Assembly (NCBI RefSeq): GCF_048593235.1
Contig: NC_133622.1
Location: 199,609,198-199,673,197 of the forward strand
From: Sminthopsis crassicaudata
Taxonomy: Eukaryota
Direction: 5' to 3'
DNA: 64,000 nt
The notes under the pieces were generated by a model, which was not told where the DNA came from, did no database searches, and saw only the letters and a program-made list of their open reading frames with translations. Below, one piece after another: positions 24,201 to 37,061 of this stretch; position 1 is the first letter of the stretch; each line of letters begins with the position of its first letter. Made by a program: the position numbers and the translations under genes.

Positions 24201-26573
24201 AAAAGTAAGGACAGAGATTGGGCCCCAGTTAAGTTCTTTAGAAGGAAAGAAAAATAGAAATGCCAGCTTCAATAATGTGGGAAGCTTGGAATAGTTTCAA
24301 TGAATATCAGTTCTCAGTGTACATTTCTTGATCTTCCATATTCATCCTTCTAACTAGACTGCCCTACTTTTACCTCTTAGAGGAATTATAAAGGTCATAC
24401 TAGCCCTTTCAGAATTAGCAAAGCAACTTTGGGACAAGAGGGAACAGGACTCTTTGGAGGTACTTCAGAAATACCTAGCTCTTGAGACTCTGGAGGTGCT
24501 TTAATATTGTACATATTCACCTTTTGACTGTTTCTGGATTTTTCTTGGTCTGGTCCTGCCATCATAGAACCTTACTCTTGCTTACCTCTCCTATCCAGTG
24601 GCAACATTTGCCTTGGTGTGTTCCTTTCTGTCTCCTCCCTTGCTCCCCCCATCCCCTCCATTCAGCTTTCATTATAATTCATTATTCCCCTCAGTCCCAA
24701 GTATGTCATACAATTGAGATGTTCCTAAAATATGTATATAAAGGAGATTTCTCTGGATATCATATTCTGTTCTAAAGGCATATAGGGAATGTGTTGCAGC
24801 AAAGATATTTCTGCCTTCCTGCTTTGTGTATGAGGAACATGTTGGAGAATTTCCTTAATCTTATAGCCAGGATTATGCCTGTCAATAAAGATGAGGACAA
24901 ATGATGCAACCAGAAGGAATTTAGAAAGCAACTCTAAGGATTATATAAGACCTAGGGCACAAGTGAGATTTTCTTCCCTGCTGCCAGTTAAAAGTAAGGA
25001 CTTTAGAAGACAAAGAGGGATTTCAGGAGGGATTAAAGAGGTAGGATTGAAGAATGGGATTTAAGATACAAGAATGATGGGCTCTTACAGATGAAATGCA
25101 TTTGAGATGTAGAAATATATATATTTGTAGAGAGATATAAAGATAGATAAATATGTATGCATGTATATATTTATCTAGAAACTCCCAGATTTGAATAAGA
25201 GGAGTTGAAAGTGAACATGGAAAGAGGGAGAGATGCTCAAACATAACTATTAAGCCATCTACCACAGGTAAGACATGGAAAAAAAGAAGATCAGTGGAGA
25301 TGTCTATTAATTTATCGGAGATGATATTAAGGAAGAAGGATAATAAAAGTATGCCTAATTTCAGATGCACAAATCAAAGTGCATGGAACATATGTAATAA
25401 GGTGAATCCAAAAAGAAAGAGATAAGTATTGCTTGTTGACATTAGTGAAACTTGGTGGAATGTGACTCATGAATAAAATGCAGCAATAGAGCTCTATAGC
25501 CTACTCAAATAGAACAAATTTGGAGAAGGAGAGGTCCACTGCATTGTATATATAGATGGTAAATGCCTAGGTATAAATCTATGTGCCAGATCAGGCAAGT
25601 GTGACACACAGTATTTAGGCAAAAATTAGGAAAGAGAGAAATAAGCAATATTGTGATAGGATTATACTATAAACCACCTGGACAGGAGGCAGAACTGTAT
25701 GATGATTTTTAGATGGAGAGCACAAAATTGGCATGAATATTTGCTATAGTAGTTCTGTGGAATTCTGCTATAAATATTATTGGAGGATTTTTTCCAATAA
25801 AAGCAGAGCAGCTGAGCAACTCTTAATTTGCCTTGCTGATTTCTTCCTTCAAAAGGATAAGAAGAATTTTATTCTTAGCCTGGCTTTGAGCAATAAAGAG
25901 GAAGTAGTTATTAAAGTAAAGATGATGTGAATCTTGAGGATGAAGTGATTACACTACCTCGAAGTTCAAGATAGATAAGAAGAGGGCATCTAGGTTCAAG
26001 GACTCTCAGAGTTGGAATGGATCTCAAAGGCCACCTGTACTGCTTGGAGTTGACATAATGATGGAAAAGCACGAAAGAAGATAGACCTACTTAGCTGCTC
26101 TTTTGTTTGCTTTTTTTTCTACCAAGGAGAATTGTTTTTAGATTTGGGAACATGAAACAAATAGGTTTAACAAGTAACTGAAACCCAAAATAAGTGAAGA
26201 GATGATTTGAGACCATCATATATCATCCAATCTCAAAGAATTTAAATATTCAGACCCAAACAAACTCTATCCAAAAGTCCTGAAAGAACTTGAGGATATG
26301 ACTGCTGAAGCACTGTCAGTGATCTTTGGAATACCAGATAATTAGAAGGGTATCATAGCACCTAACAAAGGAAAATCATGACAAATGGGTATATGCTTGT
26401 TTATTGATTCATTGAAAATACTGTCCAATTTTCCAAAAAGGAGAGATTGTAACAAGTTTCAGACTGTAACAAATTTTAATTGGACTTCAATGATACATTA
26501 TGAAAAGAGATGATTTGGAACACTTGGGGTGATCTCTAAGAGGCAATTTAGGCTCATGAGGAAAAAGTCATGA

Positions 26574-26883
26574 GCAGGGTGTAGTGGTACATACTTGTGT
26601 TTCTGCTGTTGGAGAAACTGAAGCTGATAGATCATTTGAGTTTGGGCACTCTGACTCCTATGTTATTTAGGCTCATGGTGATTTTGTCTTTTAAGTCTGG
26701 CACCAAATGTTTAGCATCTGAAAATGGAAGGCCACCAGGTTGCCTAAGGAGGGACAAAAAATAATGAGCAGGTTAAAGTTTTTATTTTGATCAGTATTGG
26801 GATTAGGCTTTTGAAGTGATCACTACACTTTCAATCTGGATGAAATTTTTGATTCGATCTCAAAATAAAATAAAATTTAAAAC
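26574..26883 (+). pseudogene. Decayed full-length 7SL (SRP RNA) retrocopy with A-rich tail
   Basis: Exact 7SL S-domain 22-mer ccaccaggttgcctaaggaggg (26732-26753). Alu-like 5' end gcagggtgtagtggtacatacttgt, gagcaggtt..tgatcagtattgggat, 3' end cactacactttcaatctgg, then aaaataaaataaaa. Confidence 0.9.
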
Positions 26884-27840
26884 AAGTCTTAACAAACTAA
26901 TCTCATTTTTCTTTATTACTGAGTTTACTAGACGGGTAGAAAAAACACATACTGGAAATATACCTCAATTTCAGCACACTATTTGAAAGATTCTATCTCA
27001 TTTTCCTTGTGGATAAGGAAAGATCTGGGCTGGTTGATAGTGGCTAGTTAAGAGTCTAAACTAGTTGATTATATGCACAGAATAGTGATATAAACCTGGA
27101 GAGAAATCCATAGCTATTGCTTTGAGGTGCTGTCCTTGGTGCCATTCTGCTGAACATTGGTATGGATTGCTTGTGTGAGGACCTAGATGACATAGTTATC
27201 CCTTTGAAGATGTCCTGTAGCAGAGAGCAATAGCTACTTATTTGGTCAACAAAATTGGACTTCAAACACATATAGAAAGGTATAAACTACCCCCCCCCCA
27301 AAAAAAGAGACAAAACTTAATGAGGATAGATGAAGGTCTTTATTTAAATTCATGACCTAGCACATAAGAGATAATTAATAAAATTTGCCAATTGAGTTAA
27401 AATAGTTAGGATAAAAGAGGTAATATAATGCATTTCATCTTAATCTGAATTAAAAGGAACATTGTTTGGATTATTAAAGAGATGATAATCTGTCCTGGTG
27501 AGAATTCTTCTGGAATATTCTATTCAGGCCTGAGTTCCACATTTTGAGGGATGATATTGACAAACTGTAATGAATCCACACTAATGGTGATGGGGATGGA
27601 GATCCAATTATTAAGGAATTGACTTAAGGACTTAGGGAGGGTTAGTTTGGAAAAGAGAAGACTTGGGAGAGGGGGATAATCATGATATCAGTATATAAGT
27701 AGCATTTGTAGGCCTGCCATATCAGAGAAACATTAAATTAGTCACTTGTCTCCTTAGGAAAGAATTAGGAGGTATCAGGTGAAGTTGTGAGAAATAGATT
27801 TTGACTAGATAGGGTTTCTTAACAATTAAAGCTGTCCAAA

Positions 27841-28081
27841 ATAACTGTTTGAACATGTATACATATATTCTATTTAACTTATAATTTCACATGTTTAACA
27901 TGTATTGGGGGGAAGAAAGGGAAAAATTGGAACAAAAGGTTTTACAGTTGCCAATGCTGGAAAATTACCCATGCATAAAATTTTTGCAAAAACAATAAAT
28001 AAATAAATAAATAAATAAATAAATGAAAGTATGCTCTCTTAAAAAACCAAACAAATAACAACAACAACAAAACCCAAAAGG
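27841..28081 (+). mobile_element. Truncated L1 3' end with a bipartite A-rich tail
   Basis: Perfect 17-bp TSD aattaaagctgtccaaa (27824-27840 / 28082-28098). Confidence 0.9.
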
Positions 28082-28144
28082 AATTAAAGCTGTCCAAATG
28101 TAGAATGGGAGAGGAGAAAAGGATCGAAGTTTCCTCTTCCTATG

Positions 28145-28400
28145 GTTAGTTGGTTGTGGTCCTTCGTTCTTGAAGAGGGCCAAAATGGCATCACTATATT
28201 AGAGTCAAGTTATGGTGTGTCCAGCTGTGGCCGATGAGAATAATAAGAGCTCAGAATGCTTTGCCACAGGTCGGACACAAAAAGTCCCTGTGAATATTTG
28301 AGGTGGCTGCTCTACTTTTCCTCATTTTGAGTTTCCCTGGACTTAATTGAATTCTGCATTGCTCATAGAGCACCTTCTCTGAAAAGGGCATGCCCTTCAG
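28145..28400 (-). mobile_element. RTE-clade LINE 3' end
   Basis: ggttgtggtccttcgttcttgaagagggccaaaatggcatcactat, typical of marsupial RTE tails. Confidence 0.75.
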
Positions 28401-30526
28401 TAGAAAACTAGATTTTACCTTTGGAAAATGACTGCAGAGGGGACTCCTGTTCTGTTCCAGACGAAGGTTTTGGCAGATCTATTTAGATGCTTTCAATTCT
28501 GCCATCCTGTTCAATAATCAAATGAGCCACAATAGCTACAGTCTTCATAATAGCCACGTGAGCCATAATGCAGACAGTTTTGTCCCCTGAATGTCAGTAC
28601 CAGGCACAAAGTAAATGCTTAATAAATATGACTTCTGGCAGTGCCAGAGAGAAGCGGTGACTTTCCAGAGTCATGTAGTGAATCAGCTGAGGAGCTAGGA
28701 CTCTATTGCATGTCACTCTTTCTAATTAGGTGACTTTCTAGTCATCCCTCCTTGCTAGAGTGAAAAAAAAAATCCTTGAAATCCCATGTTCTCCATAATG
28801 AACTCTTTCCCTGGAATGAACATTCAGGTTCCTGCCCTAAGTGGAGGGCCCCATTTTTAAGGGCAGGGTTTCCTACTGAATAGAGGTACAACAAATGTGC
28901 AGGAAAGTCCCAAGGACATCCTCCCTTCATATGGTCATGGGCCATGGAGATCACAGCAGTGTGAGTCCGTGAAGATAAATGTCTAATGCGGACCAAGGGA
29001 TTTTGAGTTTGCTATTGTATCGTCCCCACAGATGATATTGAGAGGTGAATATTTGGAATTTGTGTAATACACAAGAGGTGAATAAGATATGTTGACTTGT
29101 ACAACAGTAATGATACTGGAGATAAAATCTGGGAACCCCAGGATCTTGGAAAAGCCAGAACCCTTACAGACACGCAGGGTGATAATGATGGAGACAATGA
29201 CAGCCAAGATCTAGAAGATAGGGATTAAGTTATGGTTCTGCCATCAAGTCACCATGTGACCCTCTCTCTAAGTCTCAGTTTCCTTTTATGTAAAATGAGA
29301 AATTTGGATTTCTCTGCAACTTTTGTATACTCTGTATCTCAGCACTTCCCTGAAGAACTCATCACATAATATTGTGCATCTTATCCCTCTCTACTAGACA
29401 GTAATCTCAGTGAGAGCAGACTTTGTCTTATCTAATCTTTGTACCCATCCAGGTGACAAATATAGACACAAATGGTGTTTAATAAATGTTCACAAATTGA
29501 GACCAGTCATGGAAGAGGAGACTGAGGTCCATAGAGGATTTAATATTCAATGAAGTCTATGGAGCAACTTTTTAGGCAGTGCTAAAACTGGAAGCCAGGT
29601 CTTATTGTCAAGGCCCTTTTGATATTTTTTTTACTTTAGGATATATTTTTATTTTCCATTTGGCAAATTCCATCCCCTTTCCTTGGTTCTCTTCATCTCT
29701 TGCCAAGTGAAGCCTGTCACCAGGCCTAAAGATTTTTCTGATGTGCCACTGAGAGCAGCATGCTACCCCATGTACTAGAGAGAAGGGTTTTTCTTTCTTT
29801 CTTTCTTTCTTTCTTTTTTTTATCAAAAGCAGTCAGATGAACTCTTCTTCTGTCCAATTGTCCAGCACAGTCCTGTGCTCAACATCAGCATCCCTTGGGT
29901 ATGCGGTCAGTAAGCAGGGATGTCTCTGGGGGTCTTTATAAAGCTCCAGAATTGCAGTCTCTGATAGATCCCCAGTTTGGCCTTCCAGATCATCCCTCAG
30001 TCTCTCTAGAGAGTGAACCATTTGGTAGGAGGATAGGAACCTGCTGGTTGCTGCCTTGTGGCCAGGCCCTGCCCCTCCTCCCACCCCTACTCCTGCTGCT
30101 TGTCAGCTGGTATAGCTATCTGGGGCTGGGCACATTGCCCAAACCAGGTGGTGAACTGGGCCCAGAGCCACCAGGCCTCCTTCCTATCCCAGATAAATGC
30201 CTTCCAATTGACTTGTCTGCCAGTAAGAATGAGCACAGTCCTTCTCTCCCATCCTCAAGTCCCAGGGTCCACAGGATCAAGGGATTAACCTTCATCCATA
30301 AACCAAATCGACAGATGTCTGTCTTTCTCTAACCTAGAGGATGGTGATCAATATTGGTATCTTTCTTCCTCAGAAACAAAGAAGTCTAGGAAGACCCAAG
30401 AATGTGTTCTATGCTAAAAAGTAGGAGCGAGCCCACAGGGGCTAGCAAAGGCGGTCCAAAGCCCAGAGGTTTCCCCTGCTATTATAGAAGACAATTCACA
30501 TTTATTGTTTCTCCTCTTTTCTGTAG

Positions 30527-30798
30527 GAAGCACCTGTTACTCTTGGGGCTGGAATGAACATGGTATGTGTGGAGATGGTACTGAAGTGAATGTCTGCGTC
30601 CCGAAGCCAGTGGAGTCTCCAAGTTTAGCCCTGTGCCTCCTTGTGGGTTGTGGAGCTGGTCACTCTTTTGCTGTTGGCCAAGCTCCAGCCTTCGCATCAT
30701 TGCACTGGAGCTCCCAGGACACAGAGTCAAGCCTGGAAAACACACAGCAAGAAAAACCAAAGGGAAGAAGCACAAACATTGTTCCCACACCAAGCTAG
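30527..30798 (+). CDS. SERGEF: SERGEF (DelGEF, RCC1-repeat protein) terminal exon: GSTCYSWGWNEHGMCGDGTEVNVCVPKPVESPSLALCLLVGCGAGHSFAVGQAPAFASLHWSSQDTESSLENTQQEKPKGRSTNIVPTPS*
   Basis: RCC1 repeat signature YSWGWNEHGMCGDG...VGCGAGHS matches the last repeat of SERGEF. Strong acceptor tttctcctcttttctgtAG|G (phase 1). SERGEF is the known tail-to-tail neighbour of KCNC1. Confidence 0.93.
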
Positions 30799-30839
30799 TA
30801 TCTCCTAAAAAAGGAGATTTCGTGCTTAAAGGGCCTTTT

Positions 30840-30845
30840 AATAAA
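30840..30845 (+). terminator. SERGEF: SERGEF polyadenylation signal AATAAA
   Basis: 41 nt after the TAG stop, followed by U/GU-rich sequence (ttttgtggacttgtt). Confidence 0.75.
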
Positions 30846-31209
30846 ATCTATTTGGACAATTTTGTGGACTTGTTCATTGGGACACAGCAGGTAAAAAGGG
30901 GTAAGTATTTAGGAAGAGCTGATCATTTAAATAGCTGGATAAGAGACAGGGAAAATGCAATTTCCTGAACATCCAAGAAACTTCACTCTTCAGCAAATGA
31001 GAATGAGAACAAAGGGGCGCCATTAGCAGCTTTCAAAAGGTAACAAGTTTATAATGCATATGGATTGGGGAACAAGGATTTGGGTTCCATTGATTCTCTG
31101 AGTGTCAGATCACCTCCATCTTCCTCCTGGTAGCCTCCAGTGTTGCTAAAGTCAGTAGCTCCTTCATGGAATTTTGTTTTGCAAAAGACTTCAGAGGTTA
31201 TCTAATAGA

Positions 31210-31405
31210 AAGATGCTTAAACTTTTTGAGTGTGATGGAGCCATCTGGCAGCCTGGGAAGGCCAATGGACTCTTTCAAAATAATATTTTATGCATAAGAA
31301 TAAAATACATGAGATTACAAAGGAAGCTCATTATATTACAATAGAGTTATCAAAGTATATATTTTTAAAAGACAAATTCATGGTCCTGGTAAAAAAAAAA
31401 TCCTT
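31210..31405. mobile_element. hAT-like MITE (reverse orientation)
   Basis: gatgcttaaactttt ... aataaaatacatgagattacaaaggaa: the reverse of the MITE core. Confidence 0.65.
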
Positions 31406-32639
31406 GAAGTAATCAACCAACGATATGATTTCCCTTATGCTGGAAAGATTGGATTCTGGCAGCACTCTAGCTATAATTTTCCATCTTTATGTTGTATTAC
31501 TATGGGTTGGTAAAGTAGTCTGTATCCTGCAAATGTGTTTGTGGATACTGCTACTGGTGACTCATTTTTGTAAAACAGATCATTGATGAAAGCACAGCAC
31601 AGGAAGAGACCTCCCTCCAACTGATTAGATGGGAACAAAGGAGCTGAAAGTAGAAAGCCTGAAGCATCTGGATCCCCAATAATTCTGCCATAAGTATGGG
31701 TTTCTTTTCTAGCTAGAGATTACCAGGGCTTGGAATGCCTGGACCAAAGAGAGTTACCAATTATTTGTCCCGGGTTCCAGCTCCAGGCTCGGCACAAACT
31801 AGTTCTATAATCTTCAGCTAGTCTTTGTTCCTCACTGAGCCTCAGTTTCCTTCTCTATTAAATATGCTAATTTAATTCAGCCAACCTTTGTTAAGCTCTT
31901 TCTGTGTGTAAGACTAGATTAGGGGCTGAGATATAAAGGTGGATTAGACACAAGCTTTGCTCTCAATGAGTTTAAAACCAAATAGGGGAAGAACATGCAC
32001 ACATGTGAACAGTCCCACAGTTCTGCCTGCTGTATAATTCCACCTGGATGACTTGTTGGCGTCCTGAAATCAGAATATTCAAAATAGAATTCATCACCTT
32101 CCATCCTGAATTCTTCTCTTTCAAAGCTCCCTATTTCTATTGAGGATATCACTGTCCTTCAAGTCACCCAGGTTTATAACCTTAAACTCATCCTTGATTC
32201 TTCCTTCTTTCTTAATCCCACACCCAATCCAGTTAATAGCCAGTTTCCATAGATTCTACCTCCCCAATTGCTACTTTTCTGATGCCTTCTTTCCTTCAAC
32301 TTGGATGACCGCCTAAGCACTTCAATTCCACACACATCAATTAAGGATGTGGGATGGGCAAGGCATTATGCTTGACACTGGGAATAAGAATGGTAAGTAT
32401 TCTGTAAGTTCCCTGAGCCAGGGATTGTTTCATATTTATTTTTATATTCCCAACCCTTAGCACAGTGCCTGATACACACTAGGGACTTAATACATCATGG
32501 AATCAAAGAACTAGAAAGTGCCTCAGAGGCTATCCAGTTCAATTCCCTTATTCTAGAAGGCTGAAGTGCTTAGTTAAATGTTTTGCCCAAGATCACATAG
32601 GTAGTCGTAAAAGGTGAGATTTGAGCTCAGGTCATTTGA

Positions 32640-35450
32640 TTCCAGAGTCAATACTCTTTCTAGGACACTAAAATGTTGATTGATTTGAAGGAAAAAGAAA
32701 TACACAAATAACTATGATGTAATTTATAGTATAAATGTGAGCTAAGGCTTCATGACACTTGAGTTAGTCCTGGAAGGAAAAGAAGGATTTCAGTAGGAAG
32801 GAGAGACGTGTGTAAGTCCATTCCCGTCATAAGGATCAGCTTGCATAAATAAGTCAGCATAAGTTAGAATTTGGAGGGGAGGGCAATTAGCAGTTTAGTT
32901 TAGCTAGAGTATAGAGTGAAGAATATAAAAGCAAAATGTAAACTGGAAAAGGTAGGTTGGAATCAGATTGTGCAGGACCTTAAATATTAAGAGTTGATCT
33001 TTTATTTAGTAAAGAATGGAGAGTCTTTATTGACTTATGAGCAGGGGAGTTGCAGTTTGGCATGTGCTTTAAGAAGATTAATCACTCTGTCAGAGAGTAA
33101 AACATATATTAGAGAGGGTAGAGCTTACAATCAGAGAGATAAATTAGAAGGCTAAAGTCTAATAGACCAGGCAAGAGGTAAGGTGAGTTTGCACTAGGTG
33201 AGCTAATAAATAGGGAGTGGATTCCAGAGATATTGTTAAAATAGAAATGATAGAAATAGACAGTGTATTGGAAGAGAGAAGATGGAAAGAGGGCTGAAAA
33301 ACCAAAGATAATTCTAAAATTTAAAACTAGGTTGAATGGGAATGTGATGTTGTCACTATAGATCTGAGGAAGCTAGAAGGAAGAGCAAATATTGAGGAAA
33401 AATTCCAAGTTCAAATTGAGATATGATGAGTTTGAGATAATTGGCAGGATATTTGCTGGGGATAACAATGTAAGAAATTAAAAATATATGATCAGAAATC
33501 AAATTACAGGTCAAGGTGGGAGATAAAGATTTAAGCCATCTACAGATAAGTGATCACTGAAGCCTTGGAAATGAATAAGGCCATCAAAGGAGAGAATATT
33601 AAAAAATAAGAAGAGCAAAGTACATGGAGGGATAGCTGTATTTATGGGGTAGAAGAAGAAAGAGGAGCCTTCCATTCAATCAAAGGTGAGAGAATTGTAA
33701 TGGCATCCAATGGAGGAGAGAATATCAAGAAAAAGGAAGTGTCAACCAGAGTTACCAAAGTGAAAAAGAAAAAAAAAAAAATTAATCCTAACAATAAACT
33801 TAAATAAATAAACTAAATAAACAATAAATTATAAACAATAAATTTTTATTATTATAAAATTATATACTTATTGATAAAATGAGCCAAGGAAATGTTGATG
33901 ATTTGGCAATTCTATCTTCCATTGTTTATGTTGTAAAAAAAAAAAAAAAAAGTCAAGGAAAACAAGCCTTGGAGAGAGGGGAGCAGAAAGGAACTTTGGA
34001 TTTGATGATAAGGAAGTCATTAATGGTTTTGGGAAAACTCTTGTGGCAAAGGACAAAAGGAACGGTGAGAAAATGGGGAAATTAAGAAAAACAATTTTTT
34101 TAGAAATTTAGCACAAACCAAGAGATAAAAAATGACAGGAAGATTTTTAAATAGAGGATACAAAAATAGGGAAGGAAAAAAAAAAAGGAGTAGAGAAGAA
34201 AACTTGAAGATGAAATGAGATAGGAATAGTTGAAGGAATAAGAACTCAAAAGAAAAAGGAAGAGTTAGAATTTAAGGGTACAAATAGAGATGTTAACATT
34301 GGTAAATGGGAGGACCATTTCATCTTGTGAGGGAAAGAAGAGAGGATAGATTAAGACAGTTTAAAATGTGGGGAAAAAAAATAAAGGGAATGCAAAATGA
34401 TTGGCTTAAAACTTTTCAATAAACTAGAAGACGTTACCTTTTATGGGTGAAAGAGTGAGTTAAGAGTTGAGAAGAGTGGAGAAAGTTAGGGATATTTGTG
34501 TAAAGATAGAAAACCAGAAATGAAGAAAAGCATTGCCATAGAGTGGTGAGTGACCATTTGAGGTTGGATAGTGTGGATTTATAGAACTGATCTATGTGGT
34601 TTTATAACTTCCTACATTATCACTTGATGGTTTGTTAGTAAATAGCAGAGAAAACAGATTGTGGGAGTAGCCTCATTGGGAGTTTAGCAAGCTGGAAGTT
34701 GCAAGGAACAGGGAATTCAAGAGGAGAAAGCAGTGCATTATCTAAGTAATTCTCCATAGGCTACCAAGGTGGGGGAGTAAAGCCAGAATAGGGATATTCG
34801 AGTAGGGAAAAAAGGAAAGGATCAAGAAATGGGAGGGCATGATGAAGGTGAAAAGCAGATTGGAATGGGGGGAAAAATCTAAAGACAGAAGGTTGAGTTC
34901 AGTGAGGGAAATGTCAGTTTTAAAATGGAGCAAATTGAGGTACTAGTGATATCTCAGATGGACTCATTTCAATGGGTAACTGAGGTAGAGTGGAAATGGA
35001 AGTCATATATTGAGGAGATCTAGGGGTTGAGAAGCTAAGAGGTTAGAAGGCTCTTCCTGGTGAATATTAAAATCACTGAGCATAAGGCCAGAGGGTAAAC
35101 TAGAGAGGGTCATTACAAGCCATGTGTTGAAGTTATTGAGGAAAGTAAGGGACTATCTTGGTCATAGTCACCAGTTTTTAGTTTAAGAAGAGGATGAGGA
35201 AGAGACTGAAGTTGAAAGAGAGTCGGTTTCCAGTAGTCTGAGAATTAGTTCCACAGATCCAATGGAAGTGATAAGGAGGGGAAGATAGGGATCTGGATAC
35301 GTAGGGTTTTGAGGATGTAGGAAGAGTGAAGAGATTTCTATCAGTCATTATGAGTTTTGAGGATTAGGGATGCTGTGGCGTAAACTGGAAGAACAAGACA
35401 TCCGTGAAAGTACTGAGTAGAAACTTGTAGAATTAATATTTGGATCTTTC
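32640..35450 (-). mobile_element. Long decayed L2 LINE (purine-rich + strand); a + strand L2 piece lies at about 32030-32270
   Basis: L2-typical antisense motifs (gagcaggggagttg..tgtgctttaagaagatt, gagtttgagata, gaagaggatgaggaagag). Boundaries approximate. Confidence 0.7.
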
Positions 35451-35682
35451 ACTGTGTTTTAAATCATGTTGGATACAGTGAAATTCTTACCATATGCCTG
35501 TTGTTTGGTTCCTTGCCTCTGTAGTGATTCACTGATGATTCAAGTTTTACCCAATTTCAAAGGACCTGGCTATCTCACACTGATATTGGGAGACACTGAA
35601 AATTCAGTTTCTAATCCCACCCATTCCTTGAGATTCATCTATCTATGGAGCCTTCCATGACCATTATAGTCCTCCCTGATAT

Positions 35683-35830
35683 GTTTTGTTTTGTTTTGGT
35701 TTGGTTTTTGGTTGAAGTAGTTGGGGTTAAGTGACTTGTCCAGGGTCATACAGCTAGGAAGTATTAAGTGTCTGAGACCAAGTCCTCCTGACTTCCGGGC
35801 TGGTACTCTATCCACTACACCACTTAGCTG
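35683..35830 (-). mobile_element. WSINE1-type marsupial CORE-SINE
   Basis: ggggttaagtgacttgtccagggtcatacagctaggaagtattaagtgtctgag..ctcctgacttccgggctggtactctatccactacaccacttagctgcc with a T-rich tail. Confidence 0.85.
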
Positions 35831-37061
35831 CCTCCTGATCTGTTTTTCTATAGCATTAGACTTAGAGTCAGGAAACCCCACTTTAAATGACTATAAGCTT
35901 TGTGACCTTGAGTAAGCCAGTATTTTCTCATTTGAAAAACAGGTAAAATATAACATAATCATAGAATATAATAATATCACCCACCTCACAGGGTTGCTGT
36001 GGAGAACAATAAGATCATATACATTGAGTGCTATATAAAAGAAGTTCAGCTTAAAAGTGAACTACTCTGATTATTATTACATCTCTGAGTCTGTCCTTTT
36101 CGTTCTATTCTGTCCCATTTCCAGTAGTGGCACATATATATTTTTCACATTCTCCTAGGCTGGATGCATTTTGAATGCTTACAAATTATTTAATGTGAAG
36201 ACCTGTCTACCTATGTGATCTTGGGCAAGTTATCCAGTTTCCATCCATAAAATGAAGGACTTGGCCAAGTGTTCTCTGGCTCTTCTAGCTTTAAGTCTGT
36301 GATCTGAATATGATCTCCATTCATAATTTCCACAGATATACAGAAAGAACTCTGGAAATCCTTGCTGAATGACTCAGGTCAGGCTTAGATGCCCTCCTTT
36401 TCAACATTCTGGCATCTGTCCCATTTCCTTTCCAGGTCATGCAGAGAACTCCTAAGAAATTTCATCGCCTCCTTGTTTTTCTGGCTCCTGCTTGGGCCTG
36501 GAACTCCCCAGTGATTGATGGGAAATAGCATCTCTATTAGGGAGTGGAGCACTGGGGCTAGAGTCTGAGGGCCTGGCTGCAAAGCTGTGTGGTCAAGAGA
36601 AAGTCATTTTCATCTTTCTGGGTCTCAGTTTCTTCACTTGTCAAATGTGTACCACCTACCTGATAGAGTTGTCCTGAAGATCCAGTGAGATCATAGAGGC
36701 AAAGTGATTAATGACACATTTCTGTTCGATACTTCAAGGTGGACATGAAACTTTTTGACACTAAATAGATGTCACCTGTTAGTGTCATCCTCCAATTCCA
36801 TAGCACAATGTCCTGGAGCTTATAGTTAACCCATCCTCTCTGAGTATAGGTCAGGGATTCAAAAAGAAACTAAATTCTGATCGCTCTAAGTTACCACCCA
36901 AGCTGCAGACTCATCACTCTAGGGGGAGTGGGACTGTCTTCCACAGGCCCAAGGTCCATCCAGGGCAGCCAGCCTGCTTCCCTTCCCCCTTCTCCCTTTC
37001 TTCCTTCTTTTTGTCAGCAGATGTAGAGAATGTTGGCTTGTTACACAGGCAGAGTATAGAG

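Larger units (their letters stand above)
25400..28500 (+). mobile_element. Long decayed CR1/L3 ORF2 remnant, interrupted by the 7SL retrocopy, an L1 tail and RTE
   Basis: Endonuclease-like KSRAAEQLLICLADFFLQK..LSNKEEVV (25733-25930) and RT-like PNKLYPKVLKELEDMTAEALSVIF (about 26255-26326). Confidence 0.8.
1..30526 (+). other. SERGEF: SERGEF last intron (partial)
   Basis: Upstream of the terminal-exon acceptor. No penultimate exon (…CGSEHNLAIIG-type) was recognised. Dense in MIR/L2/L3/L1. Confidence 0.7.

Noticed and set aside
25733-25930. ORFs at 25733-25930 and 12700-12909 as novel genes
   Set aside because: They are decayed CR1 endonuclease and L1 ORF2 fragments.
29032-29044. Possible 13-nt + strand microexon (ccccacAG|ATGATATTGAGAG|GTgaat)
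   Set aside because: Frame-shifting, with no homology to SERGEF; splice-like motifs of this strength are frequent in long introns.
1-30526. SERGEF penultimate exon (…CGSEHNLAIIG)
   Set aside because: Not recognised; presumably upstream of the window.
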